Shown here: piece by piece, positions 41,511 to 53,000 of the stretch | Layout of the letters: each line of letters opens with the position of its first letter | Position numbering within the stretch: the stretch's first letter is position 1 | Origin: an uncultured Rhizobium sp. | GTDB taxonomy: Bacteria; Bacteroidota; Bacteroidia; NS11-12g; UBA955 | DNA: 64,000 bases | Reading direction: 5' to 3' | Assembly (NCBI GenBank): GCA_964408945.1 | Contig: CAYPBJ010000010.1 | Coordinates: 4,008-68,007, forward strand | Program-made: the position numbers and the translations under genes | The notes under the pieces: model-generated | What the model was told of the DNA's origin: nothing | Databases searched by the model: none | Seen by the model: only the letters and a program-made list of their open reading frames with translations

Positions 41511-43409
41511 TTAAAGGTACTTTGATCTAAGCCAAGTTTGAATTGCACCACTTTTTTCCCAAAATGGATTTGTTTTGATTTGCAGTGCTTCCAAAGCATC
41601 CCCTTTAAATTTAAGATTGATTTGATATTGTTTCAACGGTTCGAATCCACCTTTTAACTCCTGAATATTGCCGCCGCGGTTAATCAAAACGGTGAATTGA
41701 TTTTCTCCTGCGGCCCTCAAAGAGTTGCAGATTTTATCAATGTCATTGGTGGTTCTATAATTGTTGATGGATATAATTTCATCACCCACTTGAATTCCGA
41801 ATTTTAACCCATTTCCCTTGATGTTAACGTACGATACCTTTTGCAACCCGTCTTTGGTTTCAAAGGAAAGTCCCCATTCATTCAAAAGTTGGGTTGACTC
41901 TTCAACCTCTAAATAGGTTAATTTATCAAAGGTGCCTTTATAATCTGGACGTTGAGTTGTTTCAAGCCAAACGTGGAATTTATCAGTTAAATCAATTCCA
42001 GCGACTGAATTGCAGACTTTCCAAAATTCCTCTTCGGTGTAACCTGTGCCTAAATACCCAAATTTTTTGGCGCCATAAAAATCTTTCCATAACACTTTAA
42101 AAACATCGTCTAAAGATTTCTTCCCTTTTGTAGCGGCGCAAATTTCAATATCCAACAGAGCAGCCACAATCATCCCTTTGGAATAGTAAGAATAAGAATT
42201 GTTTTTGCTGTGTTCAAAAGGGCGATACTCCTTAACCCAAGTATTGAAACTCATGTCATGCAGGGTTGCCACTTCACTGCCAGGTCTATTTTCATGTGCA
42301 TTAATGCTAGTGCTGAGAGTTTGTAAAAAAGATTTAGGCCCTACAAATCCTGCTCTAACCAACGCCAATTCATCATAATATGAGGTAATACCTTCGGCAA
42401 TCCATAAAGAGCGAGTGTAGTTTTCTTCCGAATAATTAAAGGGGCCCAATTCTACGGGTCTGATTCGTTTTACGTTCCATAAGTGGAAGTATTCATGCGC
42501 TACCAGTCCCAAGAAACTGCGGTAGCGATTGGGGTCTGTATATCCCAATCGGCTCATCATCAATACGGTAGAGTTTAAGTGTTCAATTCCGCCGCCGCCA
42601 TTTTCCACGTTTTGAACAATAAACACATAAGGTTTACAAGGCTGTGTTTCGCAAGGAAACTCTCCCACAATATCAAACATGGTGGTGCAGATCTTTTGCA
42701 TGTCCGTTTTTAACTGATCTTTGTTTGCGTTGTTTTTTCCAACTAAGGCAACCATGTGTTTTACTCCAGCAACTTCAAAATCAAAGGTTTCAAAATTGCC
42801 AAGCTGCACCGGTGAATCGACCAATTCATCATAGTTTCTATACTTGAAGGTGATTTGTCCAGCTCCTTTGTTGGATGTTTTTTCCTCTTCGAGGGACGTG
42901 GCCACGGATTTCCAACTTTCGGGGTAATTGATTGTGACGGTTCCAGACTCATTGGTTTTGCCATCTACCGAGGTATTATTGTCTACATACATCAATACTG
43001 AAGCCATGTTCAACAGAGCTTGTTCGGTGCTTATGTAAGAGGTTCTTACGCTGAAATCGAAACAATAAATTTCGTAAGATATCTTGATTTTATCGCCTTT
43101 TTTTGCCTCAACTATCCATTGGTTTTTAGATTGCTGTTTTAACGGAATCACACTTTTAGGTGAATTTTTCTGCATGTAAACTTTATTTACATTTCTTGAA
43201 AACTCACGTAAAAGGTAACTTCCGGGTGTCCATGTTGGCAGAGTAATGCTACCTGAAGGGCCGTCATGTTCTGCTATGTACTCCATTTCAACAAAAGCAT
43301 AGTGTGAGTTGGGAACGGGAATGGAAATTTTGTAATTAACTTGGTTTTTTGCCATAAGAGACGTGGTTAAACTGATGAATGCACATATAACGAGTATTGT
43401 CTTCCGCAT
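41511..43409 (-). CDS. M61-family glycyl aminopeptidase-like metallopeptidase with C-terminal PDZ domain
   Basis: 632 aa with a signal peptide. The zinc motif is VAHEYFHLWNV. A C-terminal PDZ-like segment reads GIQVGDEIISINNYR. Confidence 0.8.
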   Translation of the reverse strand: MRKTILVICAFISLTTSLMAKNQVNYKISIPVPNSHYAFVEMEYIAEHDGPSGSITLPTWTPGSYLLREFSRNVNKVYMQKNSPKSVIPLKQQSKNQWIVEAKKGDKIKISYEIYCFDFSVRTSYISTEQALLNMASVLMYVDNNTSVDGKTNESGTVTINYPESWKSVATSLEEEKTSNKGAGQITFKYRNYDELVDSPVQLGNFETFDFEVAGVKHMVALVGKNNANKDQLKTDMQKICTTMFDIVGEFPCETQPCKPYVFIVQNVENGGGGIEHLNSTVLMMSRLGYTDPNRYRSFLGLVAHEYFHLWNVKRIRPVELGPFNYSEENYTRSLWIAEGITSYYDELALVRAGFVGPKSFLQTLSTSINAHENRPGSEVATLHDMSFNTWVKEYRPFEHSKNNSYSYYSKGMIVAALLDIEICAATKGKKSLDDVFKVLWKDFYGAKKFGYLGTGYTEEEFWKVCNSVAGIDLTDKFHVWLETTQRPDYKGTFDKLTYLEVEESTQLLNEWGLSFETKDGLQKVSYVNIKGNGLKFGIQVGDEIISINNYRTTNDIDKICNSLRAAGENQFTVLINRGGNIQELKGGFEPLKQYQINLKFKGDALEALQIKTNPFWEKSGAIQTWLRSKYL

Positions 43410-43469
43410 GTCGCAAATTTCGGTAAATCTGCTTACAATAATGTATATTCGTTTATTCTGTTTAGAATT

Positions 43470-43970
43470 ATGATGATATTCAAGATTAATAGACGAATTT
43501 TTAGTGCATTAGGTATGGTTGCACTTTTGGTCATGTTCATGGCTTCATGCGATGAAGATAACAAACCTACCAATCCTAATGATACTACCAAAAAAGATAC
43601 GGTCATGGATACTGCTTCATTGGCACAGAAGGTTTTTGAACTTTATGTGTTGAATAAAGCTACAAGAATTAAATTAGCCATTGACACCGGTGGAAACAAC
43701 ATTACTCCTGATTTTTCAGATATGGTAATTTACTTGAGAAAAGAAACTTTTTATAACGGCCCATTAGAAATTTTAGCAAATGGCACAAAATACGTAGGTA
43801 CCTGGAGTTCTAATTATGATTATTCTTTTTTGGATTTGAATATTGAAGGACTGCCACAATTCAAGTTTTTTGAAAATACCTGGCGATTCAAATACAAATC
43901 TTTAGATTTATTGATTTTGGTGCCGCGTTCAAATCCTTTGAAGAAGGAAATGCACTTAGACCATCTATAA
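43470..43970 (+). CDS. Hypothetical lipoprotein
   Basis: 166 aa with lipobox FMASC followed by DEDNK. I recognise no family. Confidence 0.55.
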   Translation: MMIFKINRRIFSALGMVALLVMFMASCDEDNKPTNPNDTTKKDTVMDTASLAQKVFELYVLNKATRIKLAIDTGGNNITPDFSDMVIYLRKETFYNGPLEILANGTKYVGTWSSNYDYSFLDLNIEGLPQFKFFENTWRFKYKSLDLLILVPRSNPLKKEMHLDHL

Positions 43971-43973
43971 AAT

Positions 43974-45263
43974 CTATTCTTCCTCTCTGACCATAATTAC
44001 GGTCTTTCTAACTTGTTGACGAACATTTGGATTGAAATACTCCATTTCGTCTTTTTTCATTTGCCAAGGATGTCTCAAATTATCATAGAAAACGTACTTC
44101 ACCATGGCTGATGCTTGGTGGGTTCCATTAGATAACATATTGTATTGGAATCCGTATCGAATGCTTTTTTGTCCTAAACTAGCGCCAATTCCAAAATTTA
44201 TGAACTGAGAATTGATCACTCCAGAGCCAAACATCCCCCGGTAACGACGCACTTTAAATCCGTTTTCATTGTCGTTGTCATTATCGAAATAAGCAGAAAC
44301 GAAACCGGCATCGCTGAGTGCACCAAAATTTGTTAGGGATGTTATACCTGCCCAAACTTCGCCTCTACGGAAGCTTTTTCCTACATTTAACCCGTATTGA
44401 ATGGATCTGTTAAAAAGGTCAATTCTTTCGAATTGTTGATTGAACCAAACGCGGTTACCTCGGAAATTAAAATCTTGGTAATTCAGCGCATCAGGAGTTA
44501 AGTTGATGCTTTGATTCCAATTACTTAGGGTGAAATTAGCAGTCACGTGCCAACCCATGTAATGGTATTTTTGCAACCAATAGAGCATATCATGTGCAAT
44601 GTGCATCATGTAGAAACGCGTTCTGTTAGATGTTGCCAACCCACGATCGTTTAAAGGGGCTGAATTATACAATAAATAGGTTCCTGCAAGTTCAAATGCA
44701 TAGCCGGGGGCAAATCGCAACAAAACCATGGTTCTTGGCGCAATCGCTTCTGTAAGTCCAAGTTGACTTAACGACGGAATTCTCCAGCGTATACTATCTT
44801 GCATAGAAGAAGGGCCATTAAATGGCCTGCCGTTAGGGTCTTCTAATTGGAAGAACAATTTTTCTTCGGGTTCAAACAATTCACTATTGGCTTTAAATTG
44901 CAACAAGTTCGAACCGTAAATAATTTGATTTTCAATATTGGGTGCCGTATCTAAATTACTGTAGTGGTCACCAATTACAGACTGAGGTAACCTTGCCGAA
45001 ACTCCGGTACGTAGTTCTAAACTAAATGCACTTGGGGCATACATTTGGGTTCCATGGAAAACCATGAAGCTTTGAGCCGGGTACACGGAGGTAAAAAGGT
45101 CTTTAGCGTATTGATTGGAAAATGATTGATAGAATCTAGAAATGTTCTCTACTTGCTTTATTTGATTTTCCAAAGTTTGACCTTTCAAACTAATTATTGA
45201 TTTCGCAGTGAATGAAATCAATAGAGATAAAGTAATTTTAAGAAATTGGCCTTTGAAGTTCAT
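43974..45263 (-). CDS. Predicted outer-membrane protein, unknown function
   Basis: 429 aa from ATG 45263; the track starts at TTG 45275. It has a signal-like N-terminus (FLKITLSLLISFTAKSIISLKGQ) and is rich in aromatic and Gly residues with beta-type alternation. Confidence 0.5.
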   Translation of the reverse strand: MNFKGQFLKITLSLLISFTAKSIISLKGQTLENQIKQVENISRFYQSFSNQYAKDLFTSVYPAQSFMVFHGTQMYAPSAFSLELRTGVSARLPQSVIGDHYSNLDTAPNIENQIIYGSNLLQFKANSELFEPEEKLFFQLEDPNGRPFNGPSSMQDSIRWRIPSLSQLGLTEAIAPRTMVLLRFAPGYAFELAGTYLLYNSAPLNDRGLATSNRTRFYMMHIAHDMLYWLQKYHYMGWHVTANFTLSNWNQSINLTPDALNYQDFNFRGNRVWFNQQFERIDLFNRSIQYGLNVGKSFRRGEVWAGITSLTNFGALSDAGFVSAYFDNDNDNENGFKVRRYRGMFGSGVINSQFINFGIGASLGQKSIRYGFQYNMLSNGTHQASAMVKYVFYDNLRHPWQMKKDEMEYFNPNVRQQVRKTVIMVREEE

Positions 45264-45279
45264 GAGGTCATTCAATGTT

Positions 45280-45287
45280 CAAATATA
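45280..45287 (-). promoter_or_regulatory. Bacteroidota-type -7 promoter box (TATATTTG)
   Basis: Plus strand reads caaatata, so the reverse complement is TATATTTG. It lies 4 nt from TTG 45275 and 16 nt from ATG 45263. Confidence 0.4.
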
Positions 45288-45330
45288 CGTAAAAACAAAT
45301 TGAACACCGATTTGTATGAAGAGACTACGT

Positions 45331-45338
45331 TATCTTTG
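45331..45338 (+). promoter_or_regulatory. Bacteroidota-type -7 promoter box (TATCTTTG)
   Basis: Exact TAnnTTTG match, with 5 nt between the final G and ATG 45344. A TTG at 45312-45314 is a possible -33 element. Confidence 0.45.
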
Positions 45339-45343
45339 TGTTT

Positions 45344-45862
45344 ATGCAAGAACCCATCATTAATAAGGTTGCCCAAAGTGGTCTGATTACCTTCAATTTG
45401 GAGAAATACTATCCTCAAGGAGAAAGAAAGCAGATTGATCTTAAAGATGTGCTATTCATGGGTATGATTCTCAAAGAGAAAGACTTTAGGCAATGGGTGA
45501 AGGAACACGATTGGAATCAATACCAAAATGCGTTTGTAGCTGTTTATTGCAGTACTGACGCCATCATTCCAACCTGGGCCTACATGCTTGTAGCCTCGAA
45601 GCTATCAGGAATTGCCAACAAGGTGGTGTTTGGAAATTTGCAAACATTGGAATCCATTTTGTGGGAAGATGCCATCAAAGATATTGATCAAGAGCAGTAC
45701 AGAGATGAAAAAATGGTAATAAAAGGATGCTCCAATTTACCGGTTAGCGAAGCGGCTTATTTGCTGATAACTCAAAAGTTAACACCTGTTGTGTCTTCAC
45801 TCATGTTTGGTGAACCTTGCAGTACTGTTCCAGTATACAAGGCTCCCAAAAAAGAGAATTAG
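45344..45862 (+). CDS. DUF2480-family protein
   Basis: 172 aa from ATG 45344. IINKVAQSGLITFNLE, CSTDAIIPTWAYMLV, IKGCSNLPV and MFGEPCSTVPVYK match my memory of the family consensus. Confidence 0.65.
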   Translation: MQEPIINKVAQSGLITFNLEKYYPQGERKQIDLKDVLFMGMILKEKDFRQWVKEHDWNQYQNAFVAVYCSTDAIIPTWAYMLVASKLSGIANKVVFGNLQTLESILWEDAIKDIDQEQYRDEKMVIKGCSNLPVSEAAYLLITQKLTPVVSSLMFGEPCSTVPVYKAPKKEN

Positions 45863-47289
45863 TCAACCAAACTAATTTTTATGGTGTTGGTACGCTGACG
45901 CTTTTTGAGCGGCATACTCGCGCAATTTATGACATAGTCTTGCGGAGCAACCCATTCATCATCTCTCAAAATATTGATAACATCTTCAAAGGTTTGATCA
46001 GTACTAACATATTGATCGTAATGGTATCCTCTGACCCCCCAAAGCAAGTTCAATGTGGTTAACATGTGCAGATCAGGAGTAAAAATAAAAATATTTGCTT
46101 CAGGTCTATAACTAGCCACTCTAAAACCCGTGTAACCGCTTTTTGTCATGGCAACAATGGCTTTTGCTTTTAAGTGGTCACTCATGCGCACGGCAGTAAA
46201 ACAAACTTCGTCGCTGGCAAAAGAAGGTGAATCTGGTTGTGGTCTCACTCCCTTATAATAGGCTCTACGGTCTTTTTCAACATCTCCAATGATATCACTC
46301 ATGACTTCTACCACTCTCACCGGATATTTACCTACAGACGTTTCAGCTGACAACATCACAGCATCTGCACCATCTAATACTGCATTTGCTACGTCCGTAA
46401 TTTCAGCTCTCGTAGGCATAGAATCTACTATCATGCTTTCCATCATTTGAGTAGCAATAATGACCGGTTTAGCATGTAAAATACATGTATCAACCAACCT
46501 TTTTTGAATCAATGGTACTTGTTGAAGAGGCACTTCCACTCCTAAATCACCGCGTGCCACCATCACTGCATCAGTCACCTTTACGATGCTGTCAAAATTC
46601 TCTACAGCTTCCGGTTTTTCAATTTTGGCAATGACTCTCGCACGACTGCCTTTTTCGGCTATAATCTTTTTTAATTGGATGATGTCATCTGCTGTACGGA
46701 CAAAACTCAGTGCTACCCAATCAACATCCAAAGACAATCCAAAATCAAGGTCAATTAAATCTTTTTCAGTTAAACAAGGTGCTGAGATCTTGGTATTGGG
46801 CAGGTTAAATCCCTTGTTGGAGCTAAGTTCTCCACCTACTACTACCTGAGCCCTAAGGTGTTCGCTATCAATTCTTTCTGTGATTACCAATTCTACTTTA
46901 CCGTCGTTTAGAAGAATTCTATCTCCAACATGAGCTTCGTCTGGCAATCGATCATAGCTTACGTACAATCTATCTGGGGTGCTGATACATTCTTTTGTGG
47001 TTACAATAAGGCCTTCACCGGCAATCATCATCATTTTACCGTCTACTTTTCCAATTCTTAATTTGGGACCTTGTAAATCTTGTAAGATGGCTACGTGGCA
47101 ACCTAATTTTTTGTTGATTTTACGGATGCGTTCAGCTGTTTCAGCATGAACACTGTGCTCACCGTGTGAGAAATTTAACCTGCAAACATCAACCCCAGCA
47201 TTGATGATTTTTTCAAGATTTTCTTCGGAACTACTTGCTGGCCCAATGGTTGCAACAATTTTGGTTTTGTTAAATTTCAGTCTGTGCAT
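45859..47289 (-). CDS. pyk: Pyruvate kinase
   Basis: 476 aa. It contains KTKIVATIGPAS, RLNFSHG, MVARGDLGVE and TQMMESM. Confidence 0.93.
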   Translation of the reverse strand: MHRLKFNKTKIVATIGPASSSEENLEKIINAGVDVCRLNFSHGEHSVHAETAERIRKINKKLGCHVAILQDLQGPKLRIGKVDGKMMMIAGEGLIVTTKECISTPDRLYVSYDRLPDEAHVGDRILLNDGKVELVITERIDSEHLRAQVVVGGELSSNKGFNLPNTKISAPCLTEKDLIDLDFGLSLDVDWVALSFVRTADDIIQLKKIIAEKGSRARVIAKIEKPEAVENFDSIVKVTDAVMVARGDLGVEVPLQQVPLIQKRLVDTCILHAKPVIIATQMMESMIVDSMPTRAEITDVANAVLDGADAVMLSAETSVGKYPVRVVEVMSDIIGDVEKDRRAYYKGVRPQPDSPSFASDEVCFTAVRMSDHLKAKAIVAMTKSGYTGFRVASYRPEANIFIFTPDLHMLTTLNLLWGVRGYHYDQYVSTDQTFEDVINILRDDEWVAPQDYVINCASMPLKKRQRTNTIKISLVD

Positions 47290-47791
47290 TTTGCTCTTTT
47301 ACAATGATAAGGTGTTTAAGAAGAGAAACCCATTTCCATTTAGAAGTTTGTTCGTCTTGCAACTGATAAACCAACTCAAATTTATTCGATGATTTGAGTT
47401 TATTGAACCATTGCTCCACATTCAACATTCCGAAGTCTTTTTCAAACAAGAGCAAATAATCAGGTGAAGGCTTGGCTTTGACTAGCTTTCCTTGGGTTCC
47501 TTGATTTTGAATGAGCCACATTCTTGGCCATTGTTCACTGCCTTTAAAAAAGTACTCCAAATGGTATGATTCCTTTTCTTTTGACAAATTTATTGTAAAA
47601 GGTTCTTTCTCACACACAAATTCCAAGGAAAAAGTGTCAAAAAGACACCAAGCCACAAAGTAGGGTGCTTGTGAACTATGTATAGCAATGACTTGAAAGT
47701 CACTCCCATCAAGGGTTACCGTTGATTTATGGCGTTTCAAAATGTGAGAATTGGATAAAAATTCTAACAAAAATAATTTTTTCATTCGCAT
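47270..47791 (-). CDS. Hypothetical protein (possible IPExxxVDY-family member)
   Basis: 173 aa. It sits between pyk and the divergent acpP-fabF-rnc unit, where Bacteroidota usually carry an IPExxxVDY-family gene. The motif here is degenerate (VKAKPSPDY). It overlaps the pyk start by 20 nt. Confidence 0.45.
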   Translation of the reverse strand: MRMKKLFLLEFLSNSHILKRHKSTVTLDGSDFQVIAIHSSQAPYFVAWCLFDTFSLEFVCEKEPFTINLSKEKESYHLEYFFKGSEQWPRMWLIQNQGTQGKLVKAKPSPDYLLLFEKDFGMLNVEQWFNKLKSSNKFELVYQLQDEQTSKWKWVSLLKHLIIVKEQNAQTEI

Positions 47792-47841
47792 CTCATGAAA
47801 AAAATGTTTCTTTGTAGCCGCAAAATATCAATTTACGAATC

Positions 47842-48075
47842 ATGTCAGAAATTGCAGAAAAAGTAAAAGCAATCATCGTCGATAAGTTAGGCGTTGATGC
47901 AGCTGAGGTTAATCCCGAGGCAAGCTTCACCAATGATTTGGGAGCAGATTCTCTCGATACCGTTGAGTTAATCATGGAATTCGAGAAAGAATTCGACATT
48001 AGCATCCCAGATGATCAGGCTGAAAAAATTCAGACTGTGGGTGAGGCCATCAAATACATCGAAGAAAATAAGTAA
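47842..48075 (+). CDS. acpP: Acyl carrier protein
   Basis: 77 aa with the phosphopantetheine attachment site [16 protein letters not shown]. Confidence 0.95.
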   Translation: MSEIAEKVKAIIVDKLGVDAAEVNPEASFTNDLGADSLDTVELIMEFEKEFDISIPDDQAEKIQTVGEAIKYIEENK

Positions 48076-48078
48076 TCT

Positions 48079-49332
48079 ATGCAACTCAGAAGGGTTGTTG
48101 TAACCGGAATGGGTGCTTTGACGCCTATCGGGAACAATTTGAACGATTATTGGTCAGCTTTAGTTAAAGGGACCTCAGGGGCCTGTGAAATAACCAAGTT
48201 TGATCACTCTAAGTTCAAAGTTAAATTTGCTTGCGAGGTCAAAAATTTTGACCCCATGGAGTATTTTGATAAAAAAGAGGCCCGCAAAATGGATCCCTTT
48301 ACTCAATATGCCATGGTCTGTGCTGATGAAGCACTTAACGACAGTGGGTTGTTACAGCAATCATTTGATCCTGACAGAATTGGGGTCATATGGGGAGCAG
48401 GTATTGGTGGATTAACCACCTTTTTCAACGAAGTAGTAGACTACGCTAAGGGCGATGGAACCCCTCGTTTCTCGCCCTTTTTTATTCCTAAAATGATTGT
48501 AGATATAGCCGCTGGTTACATCTCAATCAAACACCAATTAAGAGGTCCCAATTACAGCACTGTTTCTGCTTGTGCTTCTTCTACACATGCCCTTATAGAT
48601 GCCTTCAACCTGATTCGCCTCGGTAAAGCTGATGCTATTGTTGCTGGCGGTTCAGAGGCTTGTGTGAATGAGCCATCAGTTGGTGGTTTTTCAAACATGA
48701 AAGCCCTCAGCGAGCGAAATGATGATATGCTTACCGCTTCCAGGCCCTTTGACAAAGACCGCGATGGATTTGTTATGGGTGAAGGTGGTGCTTGTTTGAT
48801 CTTAGAAGATTTAGAACATGCCAAAGCTAGGGGTGCTAAGATTTATGCCGAATTGGTTGGTGGCGGCATGACCGCTGATGCTTATCATCTTACTGCTCCT
48901 CATCCCGAAGGACTGGGCGCTCGTAATGTGATGAAAATGGCTCTTCAAGATGCCGGACTCAAAGCTGAAGACATTGATTATATCAACGTTCATGGTACAA
49001 GTACCCCACTAGGAGACATAGCAGAAATTAAAGCAATTCACGGAGTGTTCGGTGAACATATGTACAACCTTAACATCAGCTCTACAAAAAGTCAAACAGG
49101 CCATTTGTTGGGTGGAGCAGGTGCCATTGAAGCGGCCGCTTGTGTTATGTCGGTGTACAACGATATCGTTCCTCCTACCATTAACCACTTTACAGATGAT
49201 CCAGAAATTGATCCAAGATTGAATCTTACATTCAATGTGGCTCAAAAAAGAACGGTAAATGCAGCATTGAGCAATACCTTTGGATTCGGTGGACACAACG
49301 CATCTGTTATTTTCAAAAAATTCATCGACTAA
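48079..49332 (+). CDS. fabF: Beta-ketoacyl-ACP synthase II
   Basis: 417 aa. The active-site Cys lies in SACASSTHA, the His motifs are HGTSTPLGD and TGHLLGGAG, and the C-terminal motif is NTFGFGGHN. Confidence 0.93.
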   Translation: MQLRRVVVTGMGALTPIGNNLNDYWSALVKGTSGACEITKFDHSKFKVKFACEVKNFDPMEYFDKKEARKMDPFTQYAMVCADEALNDSGLLQQSFDPDRIGVIWGAGIGGLTTFFNEVVDYAKGDGTPRFSPFFIPKMIVDIAAGYISIKHQLRGPNYSTVSACASSTHALIDAFNLIRLGKADAIVAGGSEACVNEPSVGGFSNMKALSERNDDMLTASRPFDKDRDGFVMGEGGACLILEDLEHAKARGAKIYAELVGGGMTADAYHLTAPHPEGLGARNVMKMALQDAGLKAEDIDYINVHGTSTPLGDIAEIKAIHGVFGEHMYNLNISSTKSQTGHLLGGAGAIEAAACVMSVYNDIVPPTINHFTDDPEIDPRLNLTFNVAQKRTVNAALSNTFGFGGHNASVIFKKFID

Positions 49333-49341
49333 TATTTTCGT

Positions 49342-50061
49342 TTGGGTTTTTCTCTGTTCACAAAAGACCGTTTTCGTACCAAAATTCATAGACTAACTGG
49401 CGTTCGTCCAATTAGAGTCAAAATTTATCGCGAAGCTTTTACCCATTCTTCTACAAGAGATAATAAATCTCACAACAATTCAGTCATCAACAATGAAAGA
49501 CTCGAATTTTTGGGTGATGCTATACTTGATGCTGTCATTGCTGAGGTATTATTCAATAGATTCCCCTTCAAAGACGAAGGATTTCTAACAGAAATGCGTA
49601 CCCGCATTGTCAACCGAGAGCAAATGGGCGATTTGGCTTACAAACTTGGTTTGTTAGAGCTGATGGATATGAAGGCCGAACTATTTACCAATAAAGTAGC
49701 ACTAAAAGGAATTGGAGGAAATGCTTTAGAGGCCCTCATCGGTGCTATTTATTTAGATAGAGGTTACAATAAAGCGTCTTGGTTTATTAGACACAGACTG
49801 ATTGGTCAATATTTAGATATGGATCGACTCATGTCTATGGTAGTAAGTTATAAAGCCGTTTTCATGAAATGGGCGCAAAAAAATCAGAAAACCATTGAAT
49901 GGAAATTAGCAGAATCTGATCAGCGCAAAGACAAACACGAAATTTCCATGTACATAGATGGAGAATTGTGGTTTACAGAGATCAATAAAAGCCGGAAAAA
50001 GGCCGAAGAATTATGCTGCGAAAAAGCATGTAGAAAACTCGACCTTACTCATCAGCTGTAA
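49342..50061 (+). CDS. rnc: Ribonuclease III
   Basis: 239 aa with the signature NERLEFLGDAILD and a C-terminal dsRBD. The start appears to be TTG. Confidence 0.9.
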   Translation: MGFSLFTKDRFRTKIHRLTGVRPIRVKIYREAFTHSSTRDNKSHNNSVINNERLEFLGDAILDAVIAEVLFNRFPFKDEGFLTEMRTRIVNREQMGDLAYKLGLLELMDMKAELFTNKVALKGIGGNALEALIGAIYLDRGYNKASWFIRHRLIGQYLDMDRLMSMVVSYKAVFMKWAQKNQKTIEWKLAESDQRKDKHEISMYIDGELWFTEINKSRKKAEELCCEKACRKLDLTHQL

Positions 50062-50063
50062 AA

Positions 50064-53000
50064 TCAATCTTCTATTGCTGGTAAGTGTTTTACCAAGCCA
50101 TTTTCTTTCGAGAAATTGCACCAATAACAATTATCTTCACCGCAACCTGTTAAAAACTCCTTGTTTTTGAGTTTTCGGTCTGCTTCTAATACCCATCTTT
50201 CAATCAATTCAAAATGCTCAGAGGTGTAATAGTTATTCCAAACAGATAGAGTATTGTCATCTTCGGGAGTCATAGATTCAATTCCCCCAGAAATAAATTC
50301 CCAATTTAAATCAGGCTTATTTTTAATGAGTAAACCATAAATTCCCACTTGAAACCAATAATTTGCTGGCGGTTTTTCAGGATTGTACTTGCTGCTAAGG
50401 TTGGAATCGGTTTTCATTCTCGAGGTACTTCCAGTTTTATAATCAAATATTTGTACCGCATTGCCGTCAATAGCAATTTTATCAATTGAACCCTTGACAG
50501 GCACATTTCCAATGGTTGACTGAAGAGAATATTCTGTTTTAAAAACCCGGTTTTTTAAGTAAATATCCTTCTTATTAACCAAAATCAAGGGAATTAAATG
50601 CTCTCCTTGCTGGGTTCTTGCTTTAAATTGTTTCTCAGTGAAATTGCCCTTGAATTTGTGCATCTGTGAATGGAAAACGGAAATCAACTCTTTTTCTGTA
50701 GGCCAAAGTCCTTCGCTCACAAACTGCTCAATAAGAATTCTCATGGTTCCATGTACCGCATTCCCGTATGCAGTGTTTTCATTCGGAGCCGAAGGAATCC
50801 GAACAATATTGCTGTAAAAAAATGATAATCCGCACTTAAGAATATTTTTTATAGATGACGGAGAGAATGTAAAGGTTTCTAATTTGTGATTAATCCAGTC
50901 CATATTTTCCTCTTCGAGGGATGGCTTCGCGCTTTTCATTAAGATGTTTAAATGCGCCCAGTTCAAATCTGATTCAGAGAAATTCACCGTGTTTGGAGTA
51001 TTTTCCGTGAAATCATGAACGGATTCTGCCACAAATTGAGCAGGAATCAAGGTTTCGGTTTTCTTTCCGTATTCATTCAAGAAGTAGGACAAACGTACTT
51101 GTTTTTTACCTCGAGTTATAGCCACAAAAAACAAACGCCTTCTTTCTTCAATCTCTTGATCAGCACTATTTTGACTCGGAAGAGATTTGTTTAAAGCAAT
51201 CAATAAGTGATTGATTCTGTAGGGATAACGACTGTTTTTTGAAGGTAACCATTCATTTTCGGTGCATGAAACTACAAAGACATAATCGAATTCTAATCCT
51301 TTAGAACCATGGGCAGTCATCAGTTGAACCCCATTTTCTTGTCCTAAACGTTTGGCCAATGGAATTTCCAGTTGTGCATTTTTTAGAGATTCAATCTGAG
51401 CCAATAATTCTGTTAACGTGATGTAAGGGAATCTATCGCTTTGTTTCATGGCATAATCTAAAAAGGTATGCAGAACTTCTAAATTCCAGCGTGATTTTTC
51501 ATTTTGTGTGGCAAATGAAACAAATCCCCCTTCCGAATAAACTTTGGAAATTAATACACCAACATTTTCTTGTTGGCAATTTTCAATCCATTTTTCTGCG
51601 TGCTTCCAAAGCAATTTTAATTGTGAAATTGAATTAGAACTTAAATATTCCGCGGCAATTTCTCCCGCTAAAACGGCATTTAGGTAATTTCTCCAACCTA
51701 CTGATAAGCCATCCTCTTTGTATTTTGTTCTTTTCCAAGCATCAATTTCAGTAGAAAGTTGATTTACCTCAATGGGCGTAATTTGGTAAATAGGGGAGAC
51801 TAAAAGTTCATAAATCAAATGATCGGCAGAATTTGCCTCTTTTGATTCTCGATCTATGAAAGTCAACCATTTTATCAATAATACCACGATGGGTTCTTTC
51901 AGAATATTGGCATTTTTTGATAAAACAAAAGGAATATTTTTAATTTGGAATAAATCTACAAGCGCCTTAGCTGATGCATGCTTTGAATATAAAATGGCAA
52001 TTTCGTTTGGTTCGACCCCAGATTTTATTAGAGATTCAATTTCGGTTGCAATTCCAATACTCTGATGGAATTCATTGAAATAAGCAGTTGCTTGAAAAGG
52101 CAATAGAGGATAATTCTTGTTGTCTCCCGAACACTCTAAATCTTTGATCAAGGCAGTATCGGTATTTACCAATCGGTCTTGATTGAATTTTATCAATCGA
52201 GTAGACGATTCTAAAATTGGGGAAGCGCTTCGATAATTGTCTTTCAGCATAATTACTTGTAAGTGTTGTTGAAAACGACTTTTAAATTCAATCATGTTCT
52301 GCACCCTAGCACCTTGAAAGGCATAAATGCTTTGGTCGTCATCACCTACTACGAAACAATTGGGATTTTCCTCGAAATAGTCAATCAAATAATATAGGAT
52401 ATCGGCTTGTTTTCCAGATGTATCTTGAAATTCATCAACCAACACGTAATGATATTTCTCTTGAATGAGTTGCTTGAAGTCGGGATCATTCTTGAACTTT
52501 TGGTAGACCCAATCAATCATATCATTGAATTCGTAGACCCCAGCATCAGCTTTGTGTTGTTTATAAACATCTATTAAACGAGCTGCTTCAATCAGTTTAA
52601 TCCAATAACCATGATTCTCGGCGTATTTCTTTTTATTCAAATCACCTTTAACAGCATTTTCTTTGGGCATGTTCTTTTTGTATGCGTGCTCAGGAAATGC
52701 TTCTAAATATCTTGCGTGGTCTTTTAGGGTTTCAACGTTTTGGGCAATTTGTTGGGCATCAATATTGACATCATCCATGATTTTCCAGAGATTGAGCAGG
52801 GTTTTATGAGTGCTGAAATTATTGGATGAGTAATCTTTGATAGGAGATGACGCAGGTAGATCAGCTATGATTTTTTGCACAATTTCAATGCGCTCCAAAT
52901 CATCCATCACCCTCAGGTCGCGTTTTGAAAAATGTTCTGGATATTCACCAATGATGCGATTGCATAAGCTGTGAAAAGTATGAATATTTACTCTGTAGGC

